64,000 bases of DNA, taken from Eukaryota sp. TZLM1-RC (taxonomy: Eukaryota > Protista > Metamonada: BaSk clade). Positions within the stretch are counted from its first letter, which is position 1. Every line of letters starts with the position of its first letter. The notes beneath the pieces were generated by a model that saw nothing but the letters and a program-made list of their open reading frames with translations, did not search any database and was not told the DNA's origin. The translations under genes were made by a program, and so were the position numbers. The stretch covers positions 806,001-870,000 of the forward strand of contig JAUPSS010000004.1 of assembly GCA_040285825.1 (NCBI GenBank). The letters are read 5' to 3'. Shown one piece after another: positions 12,021 to 25,035 of the stretch.

Positions 12021-13879
12021 TACAGTTTGTTCTGTTTTTAGTGTAGTTTTATGTGTAAATAGAAATCGGCTATTGATAAAATATAAAGAAATTCAACAAA
12101 AAATCCATTTTGCTACCACAGTCCTTTGGGAAGAAATTTTCAAAAATAGCAGGTTAAAAGTCACTTTCCTTATGCGACAAGACTGAAAATTACACAAGCA
12201 CAGAATCGATCACTGCACTGAAATTTGTTTCAACAACTTCACAATTGTTATCAATGTCATACAATTTGGAACAGCATGCGCTTCTCAGTTCTGTATCATA
12301 AATGTGAGGCACTACTTCCAATAATTGTTAAGCATTTTGTAAATCCCAAATAAGCAAAATTACCAACCAACTGTATTGAGTAAACATTTTTCCAAAAAAT
12401 TCGATAAAAATACATTAAATGAATGATACATTAAAACTATTTATCATGTACAATTTCAACATTTTAGTTAAAAAAGTTCATAGTCCTACTTTTGTTTATG
12501 AAGGTTCATCGTTGCTTTTATAAAACAGTTACTCAAAAACTGCTTGTTTTAAACGTAAAATATGTGAAGTGACGATGAAATTAGGTATGTGAAAAATATA
12601 AAATTAAATTTTTTGACCAGCTCCATGATTATAATTGTAGTTGTCAATTTTGTACAAGTGTTTGATTAACCAAGTCAGCGACTTTCTGAAATTTATTTCT
12701 TATCCAGCAGTTTTCCACAATAGTTTCGATGAAAAATTCCAATTCTGACCATCAAAACCATTTTAAAATTGCAAAACAATCCAAAAAACTAAAATACTAA
12801 GTTCTCTTTCAACGTTTAAATAGAGTAAAAGGTCAAAACATCACTCAAAAATGAAACTAATCCAATTGAGTAAGTGGTTTTAAAACTGTATGAGTTTCTC
12901 AACTCAAATTGTAAGTCGGCTTTTTAGACATTGCATCTTCAACGAGGGTCCCTATGAGCAATGTTACCATTGATTTTTTGATGTAACATGGCTGGTACTT
13001 TTAAGAAGTGTTGGTTTTATTTCATTCACATTGAGTTTGTTAAGAACTCTTGGATAACTACAACTCTTGTGTTTGAAATTGAACTATTGATACATTAAGC
13101 CTTTCAGCAAATATTTTTACTGTTCGTGAATCCAGCCATTACAACAACAAAAATTAATCATTTTTGACTCGTCAATAATAAGAGAAATTTTTCGGCACTG
13201 AAAAGATCCCTTCTAATCTTAAAATACTGAATACTGAACACAAAATAACAGTAATCACTGTAGCCTGAAAAAATGTTATGTTTCAACCATAAGCTCCCAA
13301 TTTTGAAATCACTGTAATCTTATTCCCACAATTTGGGTGCTAAAATCCATACAAAACGCAATATTGGAGCAGGTATTAAAAAAACCTAATAAAACGGAAA
13401 TAAAATTTTCTCCTTCAAAAGTTCAGAAATCTCAATTTTATTTACTTTTATTTTAGTTTATTTACATAGCAAAGACTAGATAGGTAATTTTATATTTCTT
13501 GTTCCATCGAATAAAAGAAGCAATTGCGAGGAAACAAGCAAATCAGGATATTTTAGAGAAAATAGTGGTTCAATGCGTTTCGGCCGATTTGTTCTGAGTT
13601 TATTTTATCAAGTTTTGTAGTTGGATACTGTATTTTTTAAACCAATTTTTCTTTCTTTCAGTGAATGCAAGTGTACGTGAAAATAATGTATTTTTGTACT
13701 TTCTTTTCGATGTAACTCTCCTTCTTGATTTTATTTTTTGAATATTCTACTTTACCGAATTTCCACATAAAATTTATTCAAGTGATTTGTTTCAAATTGA
13801 AACTATGCGTGGGTCGAATTTCAACGTCTGTACATTGGAAAAGAATGAAAAACAGTGTTAATTATTGACGGTACCGAAA

Positions 13880-15245
13880 TTCCTTTTGTGAATGATTTCT
13901 CAGATATTTTTCGTTTCTTAGGTTGCTGGCTCTGAAATACCCCCAAAACTACTGAAGACTTATGTTTTTTTCTTGAAATAGGTGGTGAGCTTGATACAAT
14001 TACCACCTTTGTTATCGAGGAAAATATTGAATCTTTTATTTTGAAAATCTGTTACCAATTGAAATCACTCAAATTTTGAGAACAGCTTTTCCATTTGTTT
14101 CACTATTTCAGTTATACTAGCACAATTTTTTTTGCCTAATTGATTGACGCCAATCCTGATCTGATGGAAATTCTTATGTTTTCATCATGAAATTTTGTTG
14201 ATATTAAGTTCGCTGAAACTTTGATTCTTTGTTAGGCTACATTTCTTGTTGAAAACAAAACTTGTTTTGGAACTTTGTAACCCCTGAATAAATCAATTAG
14301 ATGTAAACATATTATTTATAACTGAATTCTGAAAGGATTAATTATTACGAGACGTCCAAAAAGCTCTTGATTGTTTGTCGATTCATATTTGGTGTAAATG
14401 TTTTCCCGATAATGTACAGACAACAATTGTTAGAATGATAACAAATTTGAAATATTTAAAAAATGTAACAAAAATTAACAGTAATTTTTGGAGGCTTGAA
14501 TATTATTGTTCATTTTGGCTCGACCAGAAATGATAATGTTTCTTTCGTTAACTTTGTGTTAGATACTCAAAACAGTTCCTCTTTATGTTACATTACGCAA
14601 TTAGTCAGATTATATAGTCTACTTTTAGATGATACTACTTTTACATGTACAGTGCATTTTCCTTGTTGAATATAACTACCAACGTAGCTCATATACTGAC
14701 GTGCAAAGGTGGATTTTTGATAATTAACTTCAAATCAATTATTATTTTGTAGCAATAATTGGTGATCTGATGCCAGACGGTCTTGAAGGGACGACCATCA
14801 TTACTAATGGTAGGCTCGCTGATGTCTGTAATAGTTTTTTATACTGTTAGCTCAGCCAAAATAGAAGGAGCCCTTACCTGTTCCCGAAAATTCTAAAATT
14901 GCTAAATAGAAAGCAAAGTTGCTATTCTGGAATGCTGAATCACATAGTGTTTATGTTCTTTGTCCATTTTTTTCTCACGCACATCTACAAGGCACACTTT
15001 TTCGGATGATTTTGTTGAAATTGTGAAACAACGTAGAGGAAGAATTTTTAACAAAACGTTTTGGCAGAACAGAATTGTATTTTCAATTTTTAAAGGTGTT
15101 GTCCCCTTATTATCTTCTGCTTTATTTTCTTTTGGTTTTATTTTCGGTTTTATAAAAAACATCTTCCAGTCGGTTCTGTTTCGCTGATTTGGAGTATCAA
15201 GATGTAGAATTTTAAGTTCGTTGTATGACTATTTAATTGAAATAA
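13880..15245 (+). mobile_element. Heavily degenerate 3' half of a family A-related non-LTR element
   Basis: Scattered peptides colinear with element A: FRFLGCWL, FILKICY, IWCKCFP, FWQNRIVFSIFK and terminal QDVEF* (compare EDIEF*), followed by AATAAA. Confidence 0.75.
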
Positions 15246-15385
15246 ATCAGAAATTAAATGCATAAACTGTTTACAATGTCAATTTTGTTTGTTTGTACTA
15301 AATTTAGTAACCATTCAATGTTCTTTTGGGAAAAAAAACTTCAAACTAACCAATAAATTTATTCAAAATAATGATACAAATAGAC

Positions 15386-16310
15386 TTATTTAAATGATAA
15401 CTCTCTTTTACAACCTTCTATTGCTTCAGCAGCATCTTCATTGCCAGCGTTCTTGGCCTTTTCGTACCATTTAATAGCTTGGTGAAGGTCTTTAGGTACA
15501 CCTCTATCGTGTTTATAACAGATACCTAAATTGTACATTCCAGGTCTATTCCCCAATTCAGCAGCTTTTAGGTAATAAAACACTGCTTGAGAATAGTCTT
15601 GTTCAACACCAAGACCATTGAAATAACAACAACCTAAGCAATTCATAGCACCAGCATAACCAGCTTCAGCACCTTTTTTGAACCAATAAAAAGCTTGTTG
15701 ATGGTCTTGATCAACACCTTCGCCCTCTATATAACAATAACCTAAAATGAACATAGCAACACTATTACTAGCTTCAGCTGCCTTGCCTTTCCAATGAACA
15801 GCTTGTTGGTAATCCTTATTTACACCAAGGGCATGGTAATAACAGTAACCTAATTGATTTATAGCACCAGCATGACCAGCATCAGCAGTTTTTTTGAACC
15901 AATAAAGGGCTTGTTGGTAACATTGTTTGTTGTAAAACTGCCCTCCTATGTCATACATTTGTTCACCAGTCAAACCAATGTTAGAGTTGGAAGTACTTGT
16001 TAAAGATCTACCAAAAGACGACGAACATTGTGAATATGAACTAGTAGAGGACTTGGAAGTGATTGGTTGAGGTCTAGACTTTAATTTGGAAATTTCTTGT
16101 TCAAATTGTTCAACTTGATCATTATGAACATTTCTTTCAAGGACCCGTTTCTCTTCAAATTGTCGTAAATTTTCTTGATTCTGTTCCAAATTGGGTTAAT
16201 TCTTCAATCTTTGAACCAAAATTAGAATTTTGAAGTCTCAATTGCTGAATTAATTCATCAGATTTTGATTTGGTTTGGCGTAAACTTTGATTTTCTTGAA
16301 TTAACACACA
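15386..16310 (-). pseudogene. Coiled-coil plus SEL1-repeat protein, 5'-truncated
   Basis: ORF 15386-16189 holds five SEL1 units and ends like the gene at 1-1254 (KDLHQAIKWYEKAKNAG). Upstream of a frameshift, LIQENQSLRQTKSKSDELIQQLRLQNSN matches the coiled coil of the kinase gene at 30.5 kb. No ATG start. Confidence 0.85.
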
Positions 16311-16578
16311 GATCTTGGAACGTGGTCGTTTTCAGTTATTGTTTACTACCTTATACTAACATTGATCTGGGAGAGTCATAGTACATCAATTGTCGATCTT
16401 AAAAATGTAGAACCCAGTGTTTGTGCGAATCCCAATCACTACAAAGATAATTGTAGACAATAGAAAACATTAGAATTCAGTATTTAGTTCTTAGTAGTTA
16501 TAGTTATTTAGTTATTTGTTCATAGTTTTAGTTTCATATTCATATAAGCTGATTTATTTTGAAAAAGGGAAGAATCAG

Positions 16579-16671
16579 TGTTGGCGCCCTAAGGCTTATA
16601 TAATATGATTAGAAAATAAATCAACTTTTTCCTCATTGACTTTTCTTTACTACAATAGACTTTAGGCAACA
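16579..16671 (+). repeat. Probable short 3' LTR (93 bp) of a truncated LTR element
   Basis: tgttg...caaca inverted termini, internal TATA-like and AATAAA motifs, purine tract gaaaaagggaagaa just upstream. No TSD. Confidence 0.45.
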
Positions 16672-17189
16672 TATGAACTTCTCAACATCAAATCACCATA
16701 AGTGATGGAATATCATGTTTTAAACAAAAACATGGATGTTATAGGAAGAACACATGAAAACGAAGTATTTGTAGCTACTAGTTTGAGTCAATGGATATGT
16801 TCAAGTTCCTGAATAAAAGATACATTTTCTGAAGAACATTCCCCAGCTCGTTGGGCGTGATTTTCAACAATAAATTTTCATAATTGTGAAAACCACACGC
16901 ATAACACAGAAAGAGTAGTCCTTGCTGAGTCAATTAATTGTTAGTTTTTAGATAATTTTACCAACGTCAAACCGTTCTTCCACAATCACCACATCTTTGA
17001 ACACACACCACAGTTATTGTTGGTACTCGTGATGTAGAGGCATCAATATTGAACTTTTTTCATAAACAATGAGGGACACAGAGAAAATTAAATTAAAGGA
17101 TTAATTTCCTGATAATTCACCTTGTTTAATATATCAGGTTCCTCGCCGTTTTGGACTATTGCTCTCAGTTATTCAATTTTTAACAGTCA

Positions 17190-18035
17190 TGCGAATCAGC
17201 CTTAATCTCCCTCCTCCGCAATGTTTATCAGAAATGAAATGTTAATGTGGTGCTTATGGTTCTTTTAATCACCTTATCTCCTGTAAATTCATTAAAAAAA
17301 GATCAATTATCCACAATGTAGTTCGTGATTGTATTTATGATCTGTTACATCGTGCTCACCATCCAGTTGGTTGAGAACCTCTGTTTGAAAAAATAGATTT
17401 CAGTTTGAGCCAAAAACAAGGTGATATCAAATGTTCATGGAATGATGGAAATGAACTGATTATCGATTGAACTACCGTATCTACATGGAAAAGAATTTTC
17501 AATTCTGACATTCGAAATTTACACAAAGTTGCAGAGCTTTCCAAAAAACAAAATACGAAGCCCTTCTACGACGTCTTAATGGAGCAAGAGGCAGAAACAT
17601 CAAATTTGTCCCAATTGCTGTTTTAATTTTTGGTACCCATGCAACTGAACCGTCTATATTTTTAGATGATTTAGGAAATCTTTTTAGAGAAAATGGTTGT
17701 ACATTCGATTTTTTGATTCGGAAGAACAGAATTGTATTGTAACCTCAGTATGACGTGGATTATTGACCTGTAGCTATAGAAAGATTATGACCTCAAATAA
17801 ACCATCTTTTACTCTTCACATCCCAGATAGGGCAACAGTATTTTCGTTACTGAAAGCTCTTCCTCGATATATTAACTCCATTTTGAATAACATTACGGAG
17901 TTTCATAACAAGCAACTTGCTACCCAAATGAAGAGCGAAAATCTCCCGTCATTCAATTGATGGGGTTTGAGTAGGTAAAAGCATTAGTTAAGGTTTGTTG
18001 TTGTGTTTTAAAATGTGTCTATTCCTGGAATAAAT
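17190..18035 (+). mobile_element. Degenerate 3' part of non-LTR family C (zinc finger and REL endonuclease)
   Basis: Peptides MRISLNLPPP, HLISCKFIKKRSIIHNVVRD, QGDIKCSW, KFVPIAV, KNRIV; second copy at 6725-6900 plus 10177-10540. Confidence 0.75.
17738..17837 (+). mobile_element. 100-bp solo LTR inserted in the family C element
   Basis: tgta...aaca termini, 4-bp TSD gtat (17734-17737 and 17838-17841), internal tgacgt, TATA-like and AATAAA motifs. The segment is absent from the other family C copy. Confidence 0.7.
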
Positions 18036-18214
18036 TTTATCATTTCCTAATAAGGATTGACAAAGATCATTCATAACAATTGTTCCAAAAAAAAACAATT
18101 TCTGTTAAAGAAATGCTGTTTAAAAGTGATCCTGTTTAAATGGATTCAGGATCAGATGTCAAATAATCGTAGGAAGAACAAAACTACATTACATTTTAAT
18201 AACAAACTATAACA

Positions 18215-18672
18215 CTAATCCTCTAAAATACATGAAAACTCTTCAAAAGAGATAACCCCATCACTGTTAGTATCAGCAGTCTCAAACATCTCCGAAAGTT
18301 CACTCTCAGAGAGCGAGATACCCAGGGCTTCCATCATTGTTTGTAATTCATCCCGACTAATGAAGCCATCGGAATTCTTATCAAAAGTATTGAATGCTAT
18401 GGTCAGAAGCAGAGAAGATATATACCGGCTCGTAGTTCGTCTTCCTCAGAGTCCTGGGGTTGACTTGAAGTCATTAGGGCAGTGAATTCAGAAAAGTCTA
18501 TGACGCCGTTCTTGTCAAGATCTACCGAGTCCATCATGGTCTGAAGTTCAGCCTCGGAAGGTTTGTAACCAAGACTGCTCATCACGCAGCGGAGTTCCTC
18601 AAAGTCGATAACGCCATTGGAATCCTTGTCAAACAAGTTAAAGGCTTCGCGAAGGTGGGATTCAGTAGTCAT
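18215..18672 (-). CDS. Calmodulin-like protein with four EF-hands, 142 aa, one 29-nt intron (18397-18425)
   Basis: [27 protein letters not shown]...[13 protein letters not shown]...ELRA. Removing gtatatatcttctctgcttctgaccatag gives [18 protein letters not shown]...[13 protein letters not shown]...LED*. Confidence 0.9.
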
Positions 18673-19015
18673 GCAGAAGGATGATTGAAGAGAATGATTT
18701 TTGTACTGTGAATTTCCCTTATCATGCACCCTGTGAAATTCACTCCTGTTTTCAACTTTCTCAATGTCTACTCACAGGCTGTAAGAGACATGTAGCAATC
18801 ATGATCTTCACCAATGGGCTTCCTCACTTCAAATACACCTGCTGCTTCCACAGAACAAAGCTCGCGACTTGATCTATCTAATTGGATCCACCAAATGCTA
18901 CTAAGGTATTTGTAGATCGCTCTCAAAAGTTTTTAAAATAAATTGAAAAAAAAAATAACTCAAAAAAATATCAGTTTTTTCAAAGTTTTTGTTCCTGAAT
19001 GCTCAGGTTCTTTAT

Positions 19016-20575
19016 TCATTTCCTCAACAGAGCATCTGGGCAAATGTATCTTTCCGGCCACAATTCCGCTTTCTTCTTAATTTGAATATTTTTTTGCAGC
19101 GGAAGTATCTCTGTCATATATTTGACACTCAGTACAATTCCGCATCTGCAATGGGCCTGCTTGAATACTTTCAGCCATGCAACAACTGGACAGTTTGCTT
19201 GTATTAAATTGACTGGTTGACAAGTGTTTCACGTCCTTTTGATAACTCAACCATTTTCTGAAAGCCCTTGCTGACCCATATCGACTGACTTTTCGGCAAT
19301 GAGAAGGGAAATTGGCAGAACCCACAACAAGATAGAGTTTTTCAGGATGTCCAGCTAGCCTTTGAAATTTGTTGAAATTCTCTGAACCGTCTCTCTTTTC
19401 GTCTGCGGTTATCAAATTTCATTATTTTCCATTTCTGGCGATTACTTTCCAAATACATTTTCCTCCTGACCAAATTCCACTGATTCAAATATTGGTTGAA
19501 ATTTTGGACGGAATATTGGTTGGGAGAGTGTTTACTGGGTGAAGGTTTTGTATCTTCTGCCAGTTGGACAAGGGATGACTCCACATTGATTATCATTTAA
19601 GAAGTAACCACATAATCTAGATTGGCCCAGATCAACGCCAATAAGGGGCCTTTCAGGTAAAATTTCGACTGGATGTCTACGTCTTCGACGGACATTTTTT
19701 TAGTGCGCTTTGACTGTGTTTCTCTGGTTTTGTTGGCATCGGGGTCACTATCTATTTATTTCTTTTTTCAATCTTCGTTTCTTTTTCGGTGGTTCATCTA
19801 GCTCATCTGTGCTTTCTGAGTCATTATTTACACCTTCAAAGGTCAAAAGCAGTTTATTACCATTAGTTTTCCATAAATTTTTTTTAAATATATTTCTCAA
19901 ACTTTTTCTGTTGCTATTAAATTTTTGCTAAGGAAATTGTTTGATTTTTCGTTTCAGACATGTATTTTTAATAATCTTCGTTTTGGAAGATGATTCTTCA
20001 CAAATTTTTTCACAGAGTGGAAAACATGTGTAGCTCATAAAATTTAGAGCCTCTATGAGAAGCAAAAGATATTATTCTAAATTTCTTCCAGCAATGCATA
20101 TGAGAAAAGAAAGTTAGTAAGTATTGTGAAATTTGAAGATTAAAGAGAAGAAGCTCACCAATTTTCATTGATGAAAAGGTGATTCTATCATGTGAAGACA
20201 GTAGAAAAGCAGTGGCAGGAAATCTTTGAAGAAAGATTCAAGATATACTTACATACATTTCATAAAAAGAATCTTTCATTTGAATTATTCAGATTGAATT
20301 GATGTAGTGTTCGCATTTTCGTAAAAGTGGACAAATTGATTTAAGATTTAGAAGTTTCATGAGTCTGCTGTGATGTGAATTTGCATGAATTTGCCCAGAT
20401 CAAAACATTAGTTTCTTTTGAAGTTTTCTATAATTCAATCTCAACCTTGGATACATCTATCTTTATCATTGGTTTGAAACGTTACACCAAGTTGTTCTAT
20501 GAGTGAGTCAACTGTTTCTCATCTATAACTACAGTTTAAATCTTGTTGATTGCGAAGTTGCTATAGTCACATGGA
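19016..20575 (-). pseudogene. Fanzor (eukaryotic TnpB-derived RuvC nuclease) remnant, frameshifted
   Basis: Motifs in the expected order across frames: WKTNGNKLLLTF, LIGVDLG (RuvC-I), SVQNFNQYL...KWKIMKF, LYLVVG, SQFNTSKLSSCC, CTEC, DRDTSAAKNI (RuvC-III). The 5' boundary is approximate. Confidence 0.8.
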
Positions 20576-21428
20576 GAGTTCTAGTTTTTTGTTTAATGTT
20601 TTGTTAGCGTTGAAAATAAATCTCAATTTTAAAAAAAGTCACATGGAGAAGACCTAGATATTCCTTTGAAATTCCACAAAAAACTGTAGATCATGTTGTG
20701 ATCCAATGTGTGTTGATCAAATTTCGTGATTATAAACTCACTATTTTGTTGAAGTTGGGTATATTTACTAGGCTAAAATTTTATGTTTGAATTATCGCTT
20801 CAAATGTCAAATTCAAAGTAAATAAAGTGCAATTTGTACATCAAAAATATTGTACGATCCACATTAATTCCCAAGTATTTATGCAGTTATTTTGACTATT
20901 TTTCCAAAAGATCATCATCTAGTTAATTTGATTCATAGCCTACAAAGAATTAAAACAATTTTCAAATTTTTTTTCAACAAAAATCGTGTGCTTTACCATA
21001 GATCACCATTTGCAACCTGTTCATACCTCGAGTCTTATGAAAAGATAAGATTAACAACCTTCTATGAAGAAAATCAAGCAGTTGTTGAAACAACTATTCA
21101 AAATCTTTTGGTTGATCAAAAACACTCTGTAAAGAATATTTCGATAAGTGAAAATTTGAATATTTAAAGTCCTCAGCAATTTTGGAGGCCTAGTAGATGA
21201 CTATTATTTCATGTATTGCGCACTCGAACGCAGATTATGATGTTGATGCTTTAACTATCATTTGATCGTGATTTAATATAGTGATCGATCTAAAATATGC
21301 CTAACATGCGTCAAAGTTGTAAGTTGTAACAATTGGCCAACACTGATAGAAATTCGCAAAGATGAAAATTGCTCATCCCTTCCAACACTTCAAATCCTTT
21401 ACCTTTTAGTCTTTTTATCTAGTTTTAG

Positions 21429-22361
<933 letters not shown>

Positions 22362-23813
22362 TTTTGGTGGTGTTGAATTTTAATTTGTTAAACTTAAATA
22401 AAAAATAAATTAATTAATTGAAAATTGGTTAGGTTTCCATCATTGAATTACAACATCATTTGGTCTTGATAGTATTCACGATTGCTTTGAGTTGAAGCAT
22501 TGTAGAATTGTCCACATTGACAACTGATAAAGATTGATTCTTCACCACCGTGCAAGTGCTTCTGGTACATGATCTAACATTCCTGTATCTTCTGCTTAAC
22601 CACTACCAATACAGCTTAACCAAAACAAAGAAGGCTCCTAAAGAAGATAGTCTTATTTAATCCACTAAACTCTTCCAACTCAGCCACTCCCCAATCTTCT
22701 TCTGTTGTTACTTACGATTGGTCACCTCCTCTCACCATGTGATCCTATCCTTCTGTTCTTCTGTTATTGATGTCTTACTTCAAATACACAACCTTTTCAC
22801 ACTTAGTTCACCACGTATGCTCGGTAGTACATAGTGGCCATATTGTCCACTAACAATCTCTCCTTTTGCACCGCTTTCCATTTTCCTATGTCGAACTTTC
22901 CACCCAGTACATCAATTCAAATCATATTGTCCTCTTTCAATTGTTGTTCTGTTTTATTGACTTGTTAAATCTTGTGCTACTCTTGGTCAATATGGGTGAA
23001 TAATGTTTGGTCCAGCAAAAACTGTTCGGGTGATACCAATACTTGGTCAACTTTGGGATTAATTTCAAATTTCAAACACCCTCATCATCAGGGTAAGTTC
23101 TTTGGTATTTCGTGTTGCGTTCATTTTGAATCAATTACCAATACGATATCTAAATTTTTACTTATGTAAGTTTCTGGCTCTCTATTGGCTATTTAGCCTT
23201 AAATATTTTGCTTAATTAAAGTTTTAAAATTGAGTTTTTGCAACATCGTTTTACTTTGTATTTCTGTTTTAATCAACCCAATTAATAAGTTCTTGATATA
23301 TTTTATTATTACTTCCCTGTTGTTGATTGTTTGTTGTACTATTTAACAATCTCATCTTTGTGATTTTTCGATACATTATTTGAAATTTTTGACTTTGAAT
23401 TTGAGTCTTGCAAATCGAAATTTTTATATCCAATGTTTTTTGTTTCATTCAGTGTTATCGTTTTAATGATAAATTTCTGGAACTGTGGAACTCTCTTACT
23501 GCTGAAATCCATAATTTTCACTGAATCACCGAAATTATTTCAGTTTTTTCTCATTGTTTCATACTTGTAACTTACAAGTTGTTATTCTATATTATTTCAG
23601 AGTCTTGTTCAAATATTGAGAGTAATTCTCTTTATTTAGAGTCTCTATTAACAAATACAGAAATGACTGTGTATGCATCACTCATTCAGTCATTAACTGT
23701 TTGAAGTTGATTACGGTCAAGAAAGATCTCAAAATGTGTAACTGCATAGCACTCATGTTTTTAGATTTTTTTATGATTTTTGATGTTTTTTTGCCAATGC
23801 ATTTTTCACTTAA

Positions 23814-25035
23814 GCTGAATTCCCCCATAAATTCCCCCCAACTACACTTTTCTACCTTAATTAACTTGCTGAATCCATACGAAACACCCTCAAAATGCTT
23901 GTTTAGAGGATGTACAATTCCCACGTACACCACAATTTGATTTTCCCTTTTCTCCTTCTGTAGTGACTGAAGATGTACAATCTCTACCTACTGTTGGGTC
24001 AATATAGGCATGCATCAGGTAATGAACTACAGGAAAACGGAAACGGGTAGTTTATTACAACGGGTGTGACTAATCAGGAAAATTATACAAGAATTGAATA
24101 CGTGATGACGTGGCATCACATGATAACTGTAAATACTAATCTAATAACTATGGTCAGGAGCCAACACTACACCACAACTTGTCGAACCTCCTTCTGTGAA
24201 ATTGTTTTCATTTGTTCAGAAAGATAATTGGGTGAAATCAACAGTGAATCTTTCTTATGCTGCATTCAAAGTCACACACAAGTTCTTTTTTTGATGTTGG
24301 AGTTGATATTTAAGTTCAAAAAGGAGAGTCTTACAACCTTCTTGAGCAAGACGACTGAAAATGAATAATAAATTAGTTTCAAATAACCAATGTAATTGAG
24401 AAATTGACGTGCTCATTCTGTTGAGATTAGACAAAAGAACAACAAACATGTCAGTGTACGAGAGATCAATACCAACGTTACAGAGATATGTCTATTCAAG
24501 GTACAATGAGATTGCTGCATCTGTAAACAATGAAAGATTATTGCACTACTGAGGAGAACTTCAAAGAAAACTTATTTATTAGACTTGCCTTGCATTTAGA
24601 TACGACAACTGAGCAACCTTGTCACTATATCCCGCAGCTTGGAGAATTCTATATATATTTGCCTCCGATATTTCCTTTCAGAATCTTTGTTTTGCATAAG
24701 AAAATGTGTGGGTTTACATAAATGATGGACAAAAGAGTAGATATTTCTGTTGGCGTCAACATTCTGGTTCTAGCTCGTCTATAAGCACCACACTCAAAAG
24801 GGTCGAACGATTGTTGTAACCATCGGGAGATTGAAGCTTGAGAAACGCCGAATTGGTTGGATATTTGTTCCAATGACTGTGATTGAAAGTAGAACGCTGT
24901 ACATGCACAAGCTCTGGTGTGTTCGGAGCAGTAAAGGTTAAGTGAACAAAGGTCCTGAGCTCATTTTATAGTAGACAAAATGCCATAAATCAAGGGCATT
25001 GCGTTTGGGGGAATGTTTGGGGAGTATTATTCAAC
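23814..25035 (-). mobile_element. Degenerate Tc1/IS630-like DNA transposon with imperfect TIRs
   Basis: HTH remnant EQISNQFGVSQASISRWL...RARTRMLTPTE...IIYVNPHIFL (24649-24930). C-rich 23814-23845 is an imperfect inverted repeat of G-rich 25002-25035. No DDE domain recognised. Confidence 0.5.
23992..24166 (-). mobile_element. 175-bp solo LTR related to the gypsy LTRs at 38.6 and 42.8 kb
   Basis: tgttgg...ccaaca termini, 4-bp TSD ctac on both sides; shares atcaggtaat, tttattaca.cgggtgtga.taatcagga and gtgatgacgtggcatcac with the gypsy LTR. Confidence 0.88.
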
